From contig NW_027590773.1 in assembly GCF_964213995.1 (NCBI RefSeq), positions 62,001 through 126,000 on the forward strand: 64,000 nt of DNA. The letters are read 5' to 3'. Made by a program: the position numbers and the translations under genes. The DNA comes from Mustelus asterias (taxonomy: Eukaryota). This document shows, in pieces, positions 51,706 through 63,198 of the stretch (the stretch's first letter is position 1; each line of letters opens with the position of its first letter). A model generated the notes under the pieces. That model was not told the DNA's origin and did no database searches. It saw only the letters and a list, made by a program, of their open reading frames with translations.

Positions 51706-52066
51706 GGTGTCTGGTTTCGGGTTCGGCAGAAATGAAGCAGTATTTGAAATGTGTTGACATTTCTGTTCTGATATTCAAGCGGAAATTCATATCAGCGGAA
51801 ACGTAATTTACTCAGAAATTATGGGGCGTTTCCCAGCGACAGGATTGGCCGCTTTCTCAGGATTGATGATCGTCGGGCATCAATCAGCGTTAGCTCGACT
51901 AATAAGTTCTGAGTTTCTCTTTCTCCCTGTCTTTCTCGGGTTCTCCGCTCTCTCTTCGTCTGTGGCCTGTCTATCTCGCTCTGTTATTCCGCCTCTGTTT
52001 GTCTAACCCCCATTGCTCTGCTTCTGACCGTCTCTGTCTTCACACTGGCTCTACATTCTTATCTTT

Positions 52067-52400
52067 CATAGAATCATAGAAACCCTACAGTACAGAAGGA
52101 GGCCATTCGGCCCGAGTCTGCACCGAGCACAATCCCACCCAGGCCCTACCCCCACATATTTTACCCGCTAATCCCTCTAACCTCCGCATCTCCGGACTTT
52201 AAGGGGCAATTTTTTTAACCCGGCCAATCAACCTAACCCGCACATCTTTGGACTGTGGGAGGAAACCGGAGCACCCGGAGGAAACCCACGCAGACACGAG
52301 GAGAATGTGCAAACTCCACACAGACAGTGACCCAAGCCGGGAATCGAACCCAGGTCCCTGGAGCTGTGAAGCAGCAGTGCTAACCACTGTGCTACCGTGC
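52067..52400 (-). mobile_element. Full-length HE1-type V-SINE
   Basis: Near-identical to 45735-46088 and 60648-60977. Confidence 0.92.
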
Positions 52401-53630
52401 CCTTCTCCCTAAAATTCAGAGTTCAGACAATCCGATTTCCCTCACTCTCCTATTTCAATGAATCCACTAAGTTACTCATTCTTTTGGTGCAACAAATGTA
52501 GAAAACGTTAATAACCAGAAGTTACGAGGTAACATTATGATGGAAATATTTAAATGTAAATAACTAAAGAATATAGGAAATGAATGTGAATCCAGGGTCA
52601 TATTTACATCTTGTGTTGTTATTTTAGAAAAGGCATCTTATCGGGAAGGGACTCAAATATCAATCCAAGTTGGAAACTCATCGACGCAGTCACAGTGGAA
52701 AGAGACAGTTCACCTGCTCCTGCTGTGGGAAGGGAGATATTGCCTTATCCGGGCTGCTGAAACACCAACAAATTCCAAGTAACTGCAGTGATTGGATTTT
52801 GGCGTGAATCATATTCAGACTGAACCAGTTCATTTGGGTTTGTTTCTGCTGAATTGCAAAATAACTCCAGCTCTGCGATAGGTGTTAATATAATAATCTT
52901 AGTGATATGTAATCAGAACCTCAGCTTGGGATGAAATTTAACAACCGGATAATGAACTGTCTGGTTCAGCCTCAAAGAGTTACAACAGAGAGAGTAGGTG
53001 GGGAGTGGATTTTGTTGCAAGCACTGAAGACAGTGGCTTTCCTCTTCCCAGTATTGAATTGGAGGACATTTCTGCTCAACGAGCACTGGATGTCAGACAT
53101 GATAGGATGGTGTGTTACTTGGAGGGGAACCTGGAAGTGTTCATGTTCACACGCACCTGCTGCTCTGGACCTTCTAGGTGGGTAAGCTAATGATTCCTTC
53201 AAAGCTCGGGTCGAGTTGGAGATATACAAATTCCTCTCCTTCAATACTTCCTGCTCCTACCTTTCTATCCTTCTCTTCCTTGCTCCCCTCATTGATCCAG
53301 AGTCTTGTGTTGGTTCAGACCTGGTGTAGACCCAGACTGCATGGCCAGGTTTCCTCGCCTGAAGGACACCAGTTGGGTTTTTATGACAATCCAGCTGTTT
53401 CCATGGTCATCTTTTCCTAGTACCAGCTCCACAAATTACCAGATTCATTCAGCTCAATTTCACAACCTGCCTTTGTGTTTTGTGAGTTCTCTCGCACCCT
53501 TTTTTTCTGTTTTAAATAAATTTCACAGGGTATTGGAAGTTGAGGATTTGCAGTTGGGAAATTTGAACATCACATCAGGATCTGAGAGCCGCCCAATTCA
53601 TCAGAACTTCAGTATCATCAGAATTTCAAC

Positions 53631-54386
53631 ATGGAAGGTAAAAGCACCGTTAAGAGTGGGGATAAACCGTACACGTGCTCTGAGCGTGGACAAGGCTACA
53701 GCCGATCATCTGGCCTGTTGAAACACAAGCACGTTCACTCTGGAGAAAATCCCTATAAATGTGGGGACTGTGGGAAGGGATTCAGTTACCCATTTGAACT
53801 GAAAGCTCACGGGCGAAATCACACTGGGGAGCGACAGTTCACCTGTCCCGTGTGTGGGAAGGGATTCACTCAGTCATCCAGTCTGGTGACACATCAGCGA
53901 ATTCACACCGGGGAGAGGCCGTTCATCTGCTCTGACTGTGGAAAGCGATTCACTCATTCATACAACCTGCTGAACCACCGGAGAGTTCATACCGGAGAGA
54001 GGCCGTTCCTCTGCTCTGACTGCGGGATGGGATTCACTCACCCATCGAACCTGCTGGCACATCAGCGAGTTCACACTGGGGAGAAGCCATTCGCCTGCCC
54101 CGAGTGTGAGAAAGGATTCACTCGGTTAGCCAACCTGCGGAAACACCAGCGCAGTCACACTGATAAAAAACCTCCAGAAACGGAGAGGAAGAGGAAGGGG
54201 GGGAGCAGAGGGGAGGATTCAGCGATGGTAATGCCTTTGAATATCAAGGAAAGTTCGTCAGATCCTCTTCTTTTGGAGACGGTCATTGCCTGGAACTTGT
54301 GTGACCTGAACGTTGCTTCCACTTATCAGTCCAAACCTGAATATTGTCCAGGTCTTTCTGTATTTGTGCAGAGACCAAATGTCTGA
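53631..54386 (+). CDS. C2H2 (Kruppel-type) zinc-finger protein ORF: 5 intact fingers plus 1 degenerate
   Basis: CxxC...HxxxH repeats with TGE(R/K)P linkers; acceptor tttcacag just upstream at about 53528; functionality unproven. Confidence 0.8.
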   Translation: MEGKSTVKSGDKPYTCSERGQGYSRSSGLLKHKHVHSGENPYKCGDCGKGFSYPFELKAHGRNHTGERQFTCPVCGKGFTQSSSLVTHQRIHTGERPFICSDCGKRFTHSYNLLNHRRVHTGERPFLCSDCGMGFTHPSNLLAHQRVHTGEKPFACPECEKGFTRLANLRKHQRSHTDKKPPETERKRKGGSRGEDSAMVMPLNIKESSSDPLLLETVIAWNLCDLNVASTYQSKPEYCPGLSVFVQRPNV

Positions 54387-54446
54387 TTCCAGACAGTGTA
54401 GTATCATGTTTAAATTAAAGAATGCGGATGATTTCCTCACCAGTAA

Positions 54447-54605
54447 TTCTGGTACCGTCAGTATCCCAGTGGGTCTCTGGAGTTTCTGTGTCAGAGAAGT
54501 AGATACAGCGGGAACACAGAAAGATTCCGAGTTACTGACACTGCCACCTATCTCTGTGCTGTGAGCCACAGTGTGACAAACACAGGGTGAGCCCATACAA
54601 AAACC
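54447..54605 (+). pseudogene. Chimeric V remnant (V6 psi) with consensus 23-RSS
   Basis: FWYRQYPSGSLEFLCQRSRYSGNTE (V3/V12 family) joined in frame to VTDTATYLCAVS (V9 family); in-frame TAA immediately upstream; CACAGTG 54567-54573, 23 nt, ACAAAAACC. Confidence 0.85.
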
Positions 54606-54996
54606 TGCACAGACTACGAGAGCAACTCTGCTGAGTCCGGAGTATCGGCAGAGTGAGTGGGATTATAAAAAGTCCATTATCAAAGGAAATGAGCAAAATA
54701 AAATATAGAATCTAATTATTAAAATTCGGTCAGAAATGAAGAGAGATGAAAACAGAGATGGAGAAGAAGAAAGAAGGAAGATGTAAACTGCAATGAGTGA
54801 GAAGCAAATAGAAATAGAAAAGTTTAATCTTCATAGGAGAAGTGAACAGAAAATGAGGAAACTATGGAAAGAGAAATGGACCAAAATGTGATCTTTCGAA
54901 CTCACTGATCTGTATAATATGGTTTCATTTATATTAGCAGTTCACAACCCAGCTCACAGACCTGATTGAGTGAGAGGAGGTGAGAGTGCCTTTGCC

Positions 54997-55035
54997 GGTT
55001 TTTGTACGGGCTGACTGTGCCTCTGTAACAGTGTG
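54997..55035 (-). other. 23-RSS of V7
   Basis: CACACTG, 23 nt, ACAAAAACC. Confidence 0.9.
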
Positions 55036-55471
55036 GGGCTCAGCGCACAGTGATACACGGCAGAGTCAGAGACATGGACCCCGGTGATATTTAATGGAGC
55101 TGATTTCTTGTCTTTGTCCAAATTCGCAGAAAACCGGTCGGAGAAATCAGGAGACTTATCCCCCTTCCCGTTGCCGTAACTTTTCAATAAATATCTCGGA
55201 GCTTCTCCGGGATACAGGATGTACCAGAAGAGAGTTTGGTCAGCGTATTTTGCTTTGTAACTGCAGTTCAAACTTACTGTCTGTCCTTCCTGAACCGTTA
55301 ATTCGGGCGGCTCCTGGGAAACTGAAGTTTGGTCACTGGTTCCTGTAACAACATATAGAATGTGTGAGAAATCTGAGTGAATATAACCCATGAAACACAC
55401 ACTGAGGATTTGAGCTCAGACTCACCGGGCAGCATGACCATTATTATCAGTAAAGCACACAGGGAACACAT
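55036..55471 (-). CDS. TRAV: TCR alpha V segment (V7): leader 55471-55426, V exon 55342-55036
   Basis: Leader MCSLCALLIIMVMLP G|gtgagt; TSVSQEPPELTVQEGQTVSLNCSY...LFWYILYPGEAP...DSAVYHCALS; same family as V5. Confidence 0.93.
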
Positions 55472-56805
55472 GGTTCCTGGTTGGACAGTAAACAGCCACA
55501 CTGCTTAAAATACGTTGCTGTTTCTCGTCTTATATCACAGAGTCAACTATAACCCTGGTGCATCAGATGAGATTCAAAAAGATTGGTGGAATCAGCAAAT
55601 TAAACAAAAATCAGCGATGGCTGGAATCATTTTGGCCGCTACATCAAGAAATCGATTAGTAAAAGAGGCTGGGGAAAAAGAATAGGATCTTCAAAATACA
55701 GATCAGGAAAACAACAAACAGAGAACAATTCAACATAAAACTAAAAAGGAAGCTTAAAATTCTGAAACTGAAATTAATTCTGACGAAATAAACTCATCAT
55801 CAGAATCAAATGAGACCTCAGGATCAGAAAAGTCTGAGATTAGCAGTCGGTTTGAGAAGATGACATTTTTTAAGAGCAAAGCTCCATCTAGTGGTGACAG
55901 GGGGGATACACTAAAGAAAAAAAAGCATGAAAAAAAGATATTAACACCATCTTCCGTTGAAACTAAATTCACGACTCCCATCAGGACAAACGTGCATCGT
56001 TGTTGAGGAGGAAGAGTAAGACCCACTTTTGTAACTGAGGAAGTTCACTTGTCGCCCTCTGATTAACAAATTATTACAGAAGCTTCGGGACCCATTAACC
56101 AATTAAAAATCTGTCTAACCCCTCTTTAAGTTCGAAAGATCACATTTTGGTGCGGAATGTCTGTCAGTTTATGTAAAATCTCGCTTTATAGTAGTTTCCG
56201 TGGTTTATGAGCAACTCTGAATCGGAGACCCTGGTGCTGTTATTGCAACATTTAATAAAACCCATCAGCATCATATCTCAAAGGTCATCTCGGTGAAAAT
56301 GCACGCATTCGCTTTAGTGCACATTCTGTGTCAAAGAGAGCGGTAGTCACACAGTTATTTGCTTTCTTGGAAGGCAGTTGATAGATTTGAGGATATTCAG
56401 GGAAATAACCGATATGGAGGTAGTGCAGGAAGGTGATTGTGAGGTAGATCAACAATAATCTTACTGAATGGCGGAGCAGGCCCTAATGAAGGAGCAAATG
56501 GTCCACTCCAGCTCCCATTCCCTATTCTCTGATGTTCTTCTGTCCAGTTCATTGTTCTGAGAACCGATTCAACTGGTTCCCTGCATCTCGCTCTGACGTC
56601 ATGGACTGGAGAACAAAGACAGTCGGATCTGATTGGATGAAATATAGGACAAAGGAGCTGTGAGCTGATTGGGCATCTCCCGCTGGCTCTGCCAGGAATG
56701 AACCAATAGCTATTGAGGCCGGATATGACTCAACTTCTTCTGAACTGAAATAAAACAATTGAGCTTCAACTCACTGAGTTCAGATCCCGCATCAACTCTG
56801 TGAAC

Positions 56806-57249
56806 ATGTTGTGTGTTACTTTGTTCACACTCCTCACAGCTTCAGCTATCTTAGCTGGTAATTTTCCAAATTGCGCAATCTCCAGCTTGCTCGCGATGCT
56901 GAGGTAGAAATCTTCCCCTTTAACTGTCCTTTCCAGGTATTTCTTAAAAGAAATCAATCAGCTTGATCACATTATTTCTTACAGAGTGGTAAAAAAACAA
57001 TCGTTAAATTTCGTATATCTGTTCTTTTGCAGGGTGAGTGGTGCAGAATTTGTCTTTCAGGGGCTAGTTACTGCGATAAAGTTGGAAGGAGAATCGATCA
57101 CCATTATTTTCAGCTATTCGACCATTGCGGCTTCATATGATTTACAGCTGTACCTTCAGGACCGGGATAAAGCCCCCACATACTTGATCTACACTCATAA
57201 CTACGGAGGTGTTTTCAAGGCAGAGGGCGCGGGGAGCTGTACTTTCTGA
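56806..57249 (+). pseudogene. V pseudogene (V8 psi): leader 56806-56857 and decayed, truncated V exon from 57033
   Basis: Leader MLCVTLFTLLTASAILA G|gtaatt; V exon out of phase, Cys23 and Trp41 lost (ITIIFSYS, LQLYLQ), no FR3 end or RSS. Confidence 0.75.
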
Positions 57250-59165
57250 AACTATCTGCGGATTTCCCTGATTTAAAATAAACCCAAATTATTAGCAACA
57301 GGAAAGCAACAGACGCAGCAGCGGGAGAGGTTTCCTCTGCCCCATTTTCATGGAACATATTCTGAACACAATGTAAAGATGTGTCTGGGTAATTTATACC
57401 GCGTCGTAGATTGCGATGGAAATGCTGAGAAAAGTATTTGATATTGTGTTCCAGCCGTTAAAGGAAGTCGCACAACAGGGACATTTAGCAACAGCTATAT
57501 AATACTGAGGGAAGTGCAGGTGGCGGGGGGAGAGGGAGAGCAAAATCATTGCCTGAACATAAAGATTTCCCAAAACACCTCTGGTGATTTCAGCAGAATT
57601 TTAAAGAAATCCATTCCCGAATGTGGGCGTGGCTGGCTAGGCCTGTATTTATTGCTCATCCCGAGCTGGGCTTCACAAACTTTCTGACGCTCTTAATTAG
57701 GTTTTTGCATTCAGTCGATTTTCTTGCCAAATGTTGCCGTGTCTGGAGCAAACTAAACCTGTTCTTAAAGATAATTTTCTTATCAATCATTGCTCATCGG
57801 GTTCTAATCATGTATGGAAATCAACTTTTGTACCTTTGATGTTAAGAAATCTTCGTTTTAATGTGTGTCAAATGTCCATTGTGTTAATATGAGTGACATT
57901 CTACCGAACTCTTTCCAATGGAGTTTCTCTTCGATTCCCTGTTGATATTTTTGATTAATTACGGTACCATTGAGAGATATTTAATCAGGCTGCTGTCATT
58001 ATTAGGATTTGCCTCAGCAGGCGGGCATCAGTTTACACTCTTGACTGACATATCAAACCAAACATTATTGGTTCCTTTTCCCCGAGTGTTCTTTGAAACA
58101 TCAGAACAAGGGTACAAGTAGTTCAAGGCTACCCTGCAGCATTTTGTATTCTCAATGCTCGTGCTGAGTTCCTGGTGATCCCAAATAAACAACAGTTAAT
58201 TCTTCCCTCGCACAGTGAATGGAGTAATCTGTGAACGATTTTGGATGGTTCCTTTTCAACCTTTTCCAAACCTGCTCCGATTGGGTACAAGTCTGCCAAC
58301 CATTTCTGAACAGAATTGCAGCTCCATTGAAAATGTCCCCAGTTGCTCAAGTCTCCGCTGAGCATTGTGCTCTCTCTCTCATCCCCACTTCATCTTTCCC
58401 ACTCTGTCTTACACACTGTGTCTGAGATTAACGCTAAAGGAACGAAGAGTCACTGCACGGATCCAACTGTTTGAACTGTGTCCTCAACAATGATGTGTAT
58501 AAGGCCTACACGTGTCCGCTTGTGTTCTGAAATCTGCGTCCTTGTTAATAAACCTCAGGTGCTGTATCTGATTAATGCCATCGGTAGCTTGTTCTCCGTT
58601 TTTGTTGTAAAATTTATTCACCAATGTCACAAGAAAGCTTAGATTAACACTGCAATGAAGTTCATATGAAATCTCCTAGTCGGGATAATGAGCAAAGCCC
58701 AAATTTACCCATAGGGCAATTTCCAGTGGCCGGTCTTTCGGTGACATGTTTCAGACCATTCAACTATTGAAATATCAAGTAAATGTTGATGTTCTGGAAA
58801 AATCTCACGCTGCTTTATTAAAGCTTCTCTTTGTTTATGATTTAATCTGATCTTCAATCTGTCCATCAATCTCAGTGCTTTTCAGTCTCTTCCATTTCTC
58901 TTTCCATAGTTTCCTCATTTTCTGTTCACTTCTCCTATGAAGATTAAACTTTTCTATTTCTATTTGCTTCTCACTCATTGCAGTTTACATCTTCCTTCTT
59001 TCTTCTTCTCCATCTCTGTTTTCATCTCTCTTCATTTCTGATCGAATTTTAATAATTAGATTCTATATTTTGTTTTGCTCATTTCCTTTGTTAATGGACT
59101 TTTTATAATCCCACTCACTCTGCCGATACTCCGGACTCAGCAGAGTGGCTCTCGCAGTCTGTGCA

Positions 59166-59204
59166 GGTTTTTGTATGGGCTCACCCTGTGTTTGTCACAC
59201 TGTG
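59166..59204 (-). other. Consensus 23-RSS of V9
   Basis: CACAGTG, 23 nt, ACAAAAACC. Confidence 0.93.
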
Positions 59205-59537
59205 GCTCACGGCGCAGAGATAGGTGGCAGTGTCTGTAACTCCGGCGTCTCTCACAGTCAGGGCACTGAATTTGCTGCCTCCGCCGATTGAGGCAGTGAT
59301 CCTCCCGCGTTGATCGGTTTCTCTTGTGGCCATCACCAGATGCTGGGGTGGCTGATTCGGGGACTGTCTGTACCAATGTAGGTTGCTAAATGTAGTGATC
59401 GTGGTGCAGTTCATGGATACGGTTCCCCCTTCACTAACAACCTTCCGCCGGGGAAGCTGCATCACCTCATCTGCTCCAGTCACCCCAGTGCAGGTCAGAG
59501 TGAAACACAGCAAACAGAGTCTGTAAATTCGGAGCAT
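59205..59537 (-). CDS. TRAV: TCR alpha V segment (V9), apparently single-exon leader+V
   Basis: MLRIYRLCLLCFTLTCTGVTGA-DEVMQ...VSMNCT...LHWYRQSP...TDTATYLCAVS. Confidence 0.88.
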
Positions 59538-60052
59538 TTTTCAGATCATATGAAATTTCTGCTGAAGTAATTGTCCGGGGAGTTCAGATTAGAACCAGGA
59601 CCTGGGTTTAATATTCGGAAGAATTTACAAGGTGTCAAACACCTGCTTCGTGTCCAACTGAGGTGTCTCTCTCTGTCGAACTGATGAAAGAAGCTGAGAC
59701 TCGGGTTTTATCCGCCCACATTCACTGGCATCGATTCTACTGGAATCGGAGATGAAGAATTGAAGCCGGAATAAATAAACCCCATCAGTGACCCCATGTT
59801 TCCGGTTACAAATCTCTTCCCACGTGTCTAACTAGGGAACCACTCGCCCTATCAGAACACTGAGTGAACCCAGCTCGGGGTGAATCCATTCACTGGCAGA
59901 CAGTTCACCAGCTGCCAACCCCACAGCACCCCCGCGGACACAGGGAAATGCAGTGAGAGCATCCCGAGACACGGCAGCAACATATACAGGGTGAAGTTTG
60001 GAAAGGGTGTCTGCAAATATCCAACTCCACTTTTACCGAGCAGACAACAACG

Positions 60053-60548
60053 ATGCTGCTACTCAGCTTCTGGATTGTGCGGGGAACCTTCCTGACAGGT
60101 ACTTATGGACCAAACGGATTTCATATTCACTTTAATTTTACTAACTTGTTTTTGAACTGAATTTTACGGATTCAGTCGGTCTGATCTGTTTCCGTTCGAA
60201 CATGTTTTTCAGATCTGGGTCATGGAGATTCTGTCACTCAGTCGCTGTCCCCAGAATAACAGACAGAAGGAGAAACGGTGACTTTAAACTGTACCTATGA
60301 CACTAGAATGAGCAACTGCAATTGACACTGGTACCGGCAACACCCTGTGTTACAGTGGGGAGGAACTCGATGTTTGGTGAAGATGTAGCAGATTTTGCTG
60401 AAAGCCGTTTCTCTGGAGAACTTCAGGCATGGAGTAAATTCACCAGTTTGACCATCTCGGGTCTGCAGCTGACTGACGCTGCCTTGTACTACTGCGCTCT
60501 CGCTGAAACTCACAGTGATGGAAAGCAGTCTGACTGCAGAAAAAACTG
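60053..60548 (+). pseudogene. TCR alpha/delta V pseudogene (V10 psi): leader 60053-60098, V exon from 60213
   Basis: Leader MLLLSFWIVRGTFLT|gtactt; GDSVTQSLSPE*...LNCTY...N*HWYRQ, frameshift, LTISGLQLTDAALYYCAL; CACAGTG 60511-60517 with degenerate nonamer. Confidence 0.9.
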
Positions 60549-60647
60549 CCTTTAACTATAGGTTGAAAGTCCTGTCTGCTGCGGGTTGCTCAGAAGCGCG
60601 GGCAGGTGCAGCCATGATGTGACTGTCAGTTACGCAAGAATCCTCAT

Positions 60648-60977
60648 TCATAGAAACCCTACAGTGCAGAAGGAGGCCATTCGGCCCATCGAGTCTGCAC
60701 CGACCACAATCCCACCCAGGCCCTACCCCCACATATTTACCCGCTAATCCCTCTAACCTACACATCCCAGGACTCTAAGGGGCAATTTTTAGCATGGCCA
60801 ATCAACCTAACCCGCACATCTTTGGACTGTGGGAGGAAACCGGAGCACCCGGAGGAAACCCACGCAGACACGAGGAGAATGTGCAAACTCCACACAGACA
60901 GTGACCCGAGCCGGGAACCGAACCCGGAACCCTGGAGCTGTGAAGCAGCAGTGCTAACCACTGTGCTACCGTGCCGC
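60648..60977 (-). mobile_element. Full-length HE1-type V-SINE
   Basis: Same family as 52067-52400. Confidence 0.92.
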
Positions 60978-61650
60978 CTGGGATCAGCCCAAGTGTTTCC
61001 AGTATCCTGCCACTTCAATCATTGTGTCTCTATGAGTCTGTGAGATCTCTCAGTGGTGAGCTGGCTGATATCGAAAGGAAATCCCTCGAGCCGAGCTGAT
61101 TTCAGCACCTCGATAGGGGAACGGGTGCACTTTTCCGGATGGGGTCTCGGGGATGAAACCCTGCTCTGTTAATTAGCAGCTGCAAATTCTGGGTTGCTTA
61201 TAGTAACAAAACAGCATTACGGAAATATCCTGAAGTTCACTGGTCATTGGGGGAATTCTGTGCTCAATGTCTATTTAAAAGATCACAGTCACTTCATTGT
61301 GAAATTTCTTCATTGTGTCTACACTTTCTCGGAAGCAGCACATCTCTCGGATCAAATAAACCCAGTGACCAGGCCGCGGTGATAGACTTCAGAAACCTCT
61401 CAGGGGAGATGGGGATCGAGTTGCTCAATATTAGAGGCAGGGAAACTGCATCCAAGGGCAACAACTAAACTAACAAAATGGAATAGATTTAAGAAGATCG
61501 GCGATCGCACAAATGCAAGTTAAAATAAACTAATATCACTCCTCAAATGTTGCTCACCTCTTGTTGAGGTTGTGTTTTTTTCTGATATCTTGGGAAGGTC
61601 CCTGTGACTCACATGGAGAGTGAATTATTAGTTCTGTTTAGCAGCGTAAG

Positions 61651-61665
61651 AGCGCCCTCTGGTGG
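61651..61665 (-). promoter_or_regulatory. Consensus CTCF motif downstream of the V11 psi RSS
   Basis: Minus strand CCACCAGAGGGCGCT, 26 nt beyond the decayed nonamer. Confidence 0.65.
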
Positions 61666-61691
61666 TACCTAACTGGAACTCCCATGTGTGG

Positions 61692-61890
61692 GGTTGTTGT
61701 CCGGGATCCGCTCTATCTCTGCAGCAGTGCGGGCTCCGTGGCTCAGGGATACACGGCGGTGTCAGGGAGAAGCATCCCGGCAATGTTAAAAAGAACAGTT
61801 TTCTTTCCTTTGCGCAAAACAGCAAGAAAATCTGTCCGGTAGATCCTGAACCGTATCTCCAGTGCTTTATATCTTCAATAAATATTTATT
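61692..61890 (-). pseudogene. Decayed V5-family remnant (V11 psi)
   Basis: Homologous to 51124-51320: YLLKI*STG...DTAVYP*ATE (Cys104 codon is TGA); RSS CGCACTG, 24 nt, ACAACAACC. Confidence 0.8.
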
Positions 61891-62130
61891 TTAAATATTA
61901 ATGCACACAATAATCCCGAACTGCAACTCCAGACAATATCTCCCATGGGGAATGGGGAACAAAATTCTTATACGGTGCCTGGTGACAAACGCACCACCCG
62001 AGCACCTGTTGCAAACTTTCATTCCAATGTTAGGAATGAAAGTTGCTTTCGTCTCTCCGCCAAGAGGATGAAGTGGAGATGAAGGAACTGTGAGGTCATT
62101 GCTTGAATTGGAAATCAAAGGAGCTTGAAG

Positions 62131-62198
62131 CCGATTGGATGTTATCTGATGATGTTTTCAGCAGTGAACCAATCAACAGGGGCCCGGATATGACTCAA
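62131..62198 (+). promoter_or_regulatory. Conserved V-promoter module: inverted CCAAT, CCAAT, and ETS/AP-1-like CCGGATATGACTCA
   Basis: Homologous modules lie upstream of the leaders at 45620-45690 (-), 49735-49800 (-) and 56630-56735 (+). Confidence 0.55.
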
Positions 62199-62275
62199 CC
62201 TCTTCCCACCTCTTGAGTAAAACAACTTCAGCTTCAACCCGTTCTGGTCAAATCCGCTTCCAGCTCTCTGCAAGC

Positions 62276-63198
62276 ATGTCTCCTGTTACTCTGTATTTAT
62301 TCCTCATAGCGACAGCTCTTTTAACCGGTAGGTTCACAAGTTGCTCAATTCTGTGTTGTACATCATTCCCACATAATATATTCTGTCAGGTAGTTCGCTC
62401 AATGCAAGGGGGAGGGGGTGGGTGATCAGGGAATGGATTGATCACAACATCGAAACATTATCATGATCTCGCTGGTCTCAACACTGAGCACTGTTGGGAT
62501 TAGGCACATTTCTCCCATGAAATGAGAGGGAATGAGTTGGGCTCAGATTGAAGCTCCTCTGATACCAGCGAATGATTTTGGCAAACACCACACTTCAAAC
62601 AGACAGACCGTGAGCGGTTTCCAGTTACAGGGACTGAAGGCGAGGAGCTGATCTCTTTAGAAAGAAGAGAATGTTTATGGTGGAAGTTTTATTTAATCGC
62701 CACAAGCACCTTCCCTTTCTAGCCGCTGAACTGTGAAATATATGTTTTGTTGTGCTGTGTGATTTCTTTGTGAGATAATTGTTCAAGATTACGGCAGATT
62801 CGAGGGTTTGGGGGTGGGGGGGTTCGGGGTGGGGGTGGGGGGCAGAGTGAAGTCGCATTGTTTAGATTAATATTCCTTTGCGTTCTTACAGGAGACTGTG
62901 GAGGAGATTCTGTTTCACAGACAGCGGCTGCAGTCACCGTAACTGAAGGAAATATTGTTCAGTTGCTCTGTAATTATACAGCTCCAAGTACTAGCACTCC
63001 TTATTTATTCTGGTACCGTCAGCATTCCAGTGGGTCCATGGAGTTTCTGCTGAGGAGGTATAAATACAGTGGCAACACAGAGATGTCCTCAGGGGAACGT
63101 TTTTCAGCGGAACTCAATGATACAATCCGCACCGTCCCGTTGAAAGTGTCGAAAACAGAGCTGGAAGACTCCGGGGTGTATTACTGCGCACTGAGTCC
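62276..63198 (+). CDS. TRAV: TCR alpha/delta V segment (V12): leader 62276-62327, V exon 62892-63198
   Basis: Leader MSPVTLYLFLIATALLT G|gtaggt; GDSVSQTAAAVTVTEGNIVQLLCNYT...FWYRQ...DSGVYYCALS; inverted paralogue of V3. Confidence 0.93.

Noticed and set aside
55600-56010. Lys/Glu/Ser-rich reading frame on +
   Set aside because: Interrupted by stops, low complexity, no recognisable family; possibly retroelement debris.
60310-60330. CDR1 Cys in V10psi suggesting a NAR-TCR supporting V-delta
   Set aside because: The segment has its own leader and is heavily mutated; TGC is one change from the usual Tyr codon.
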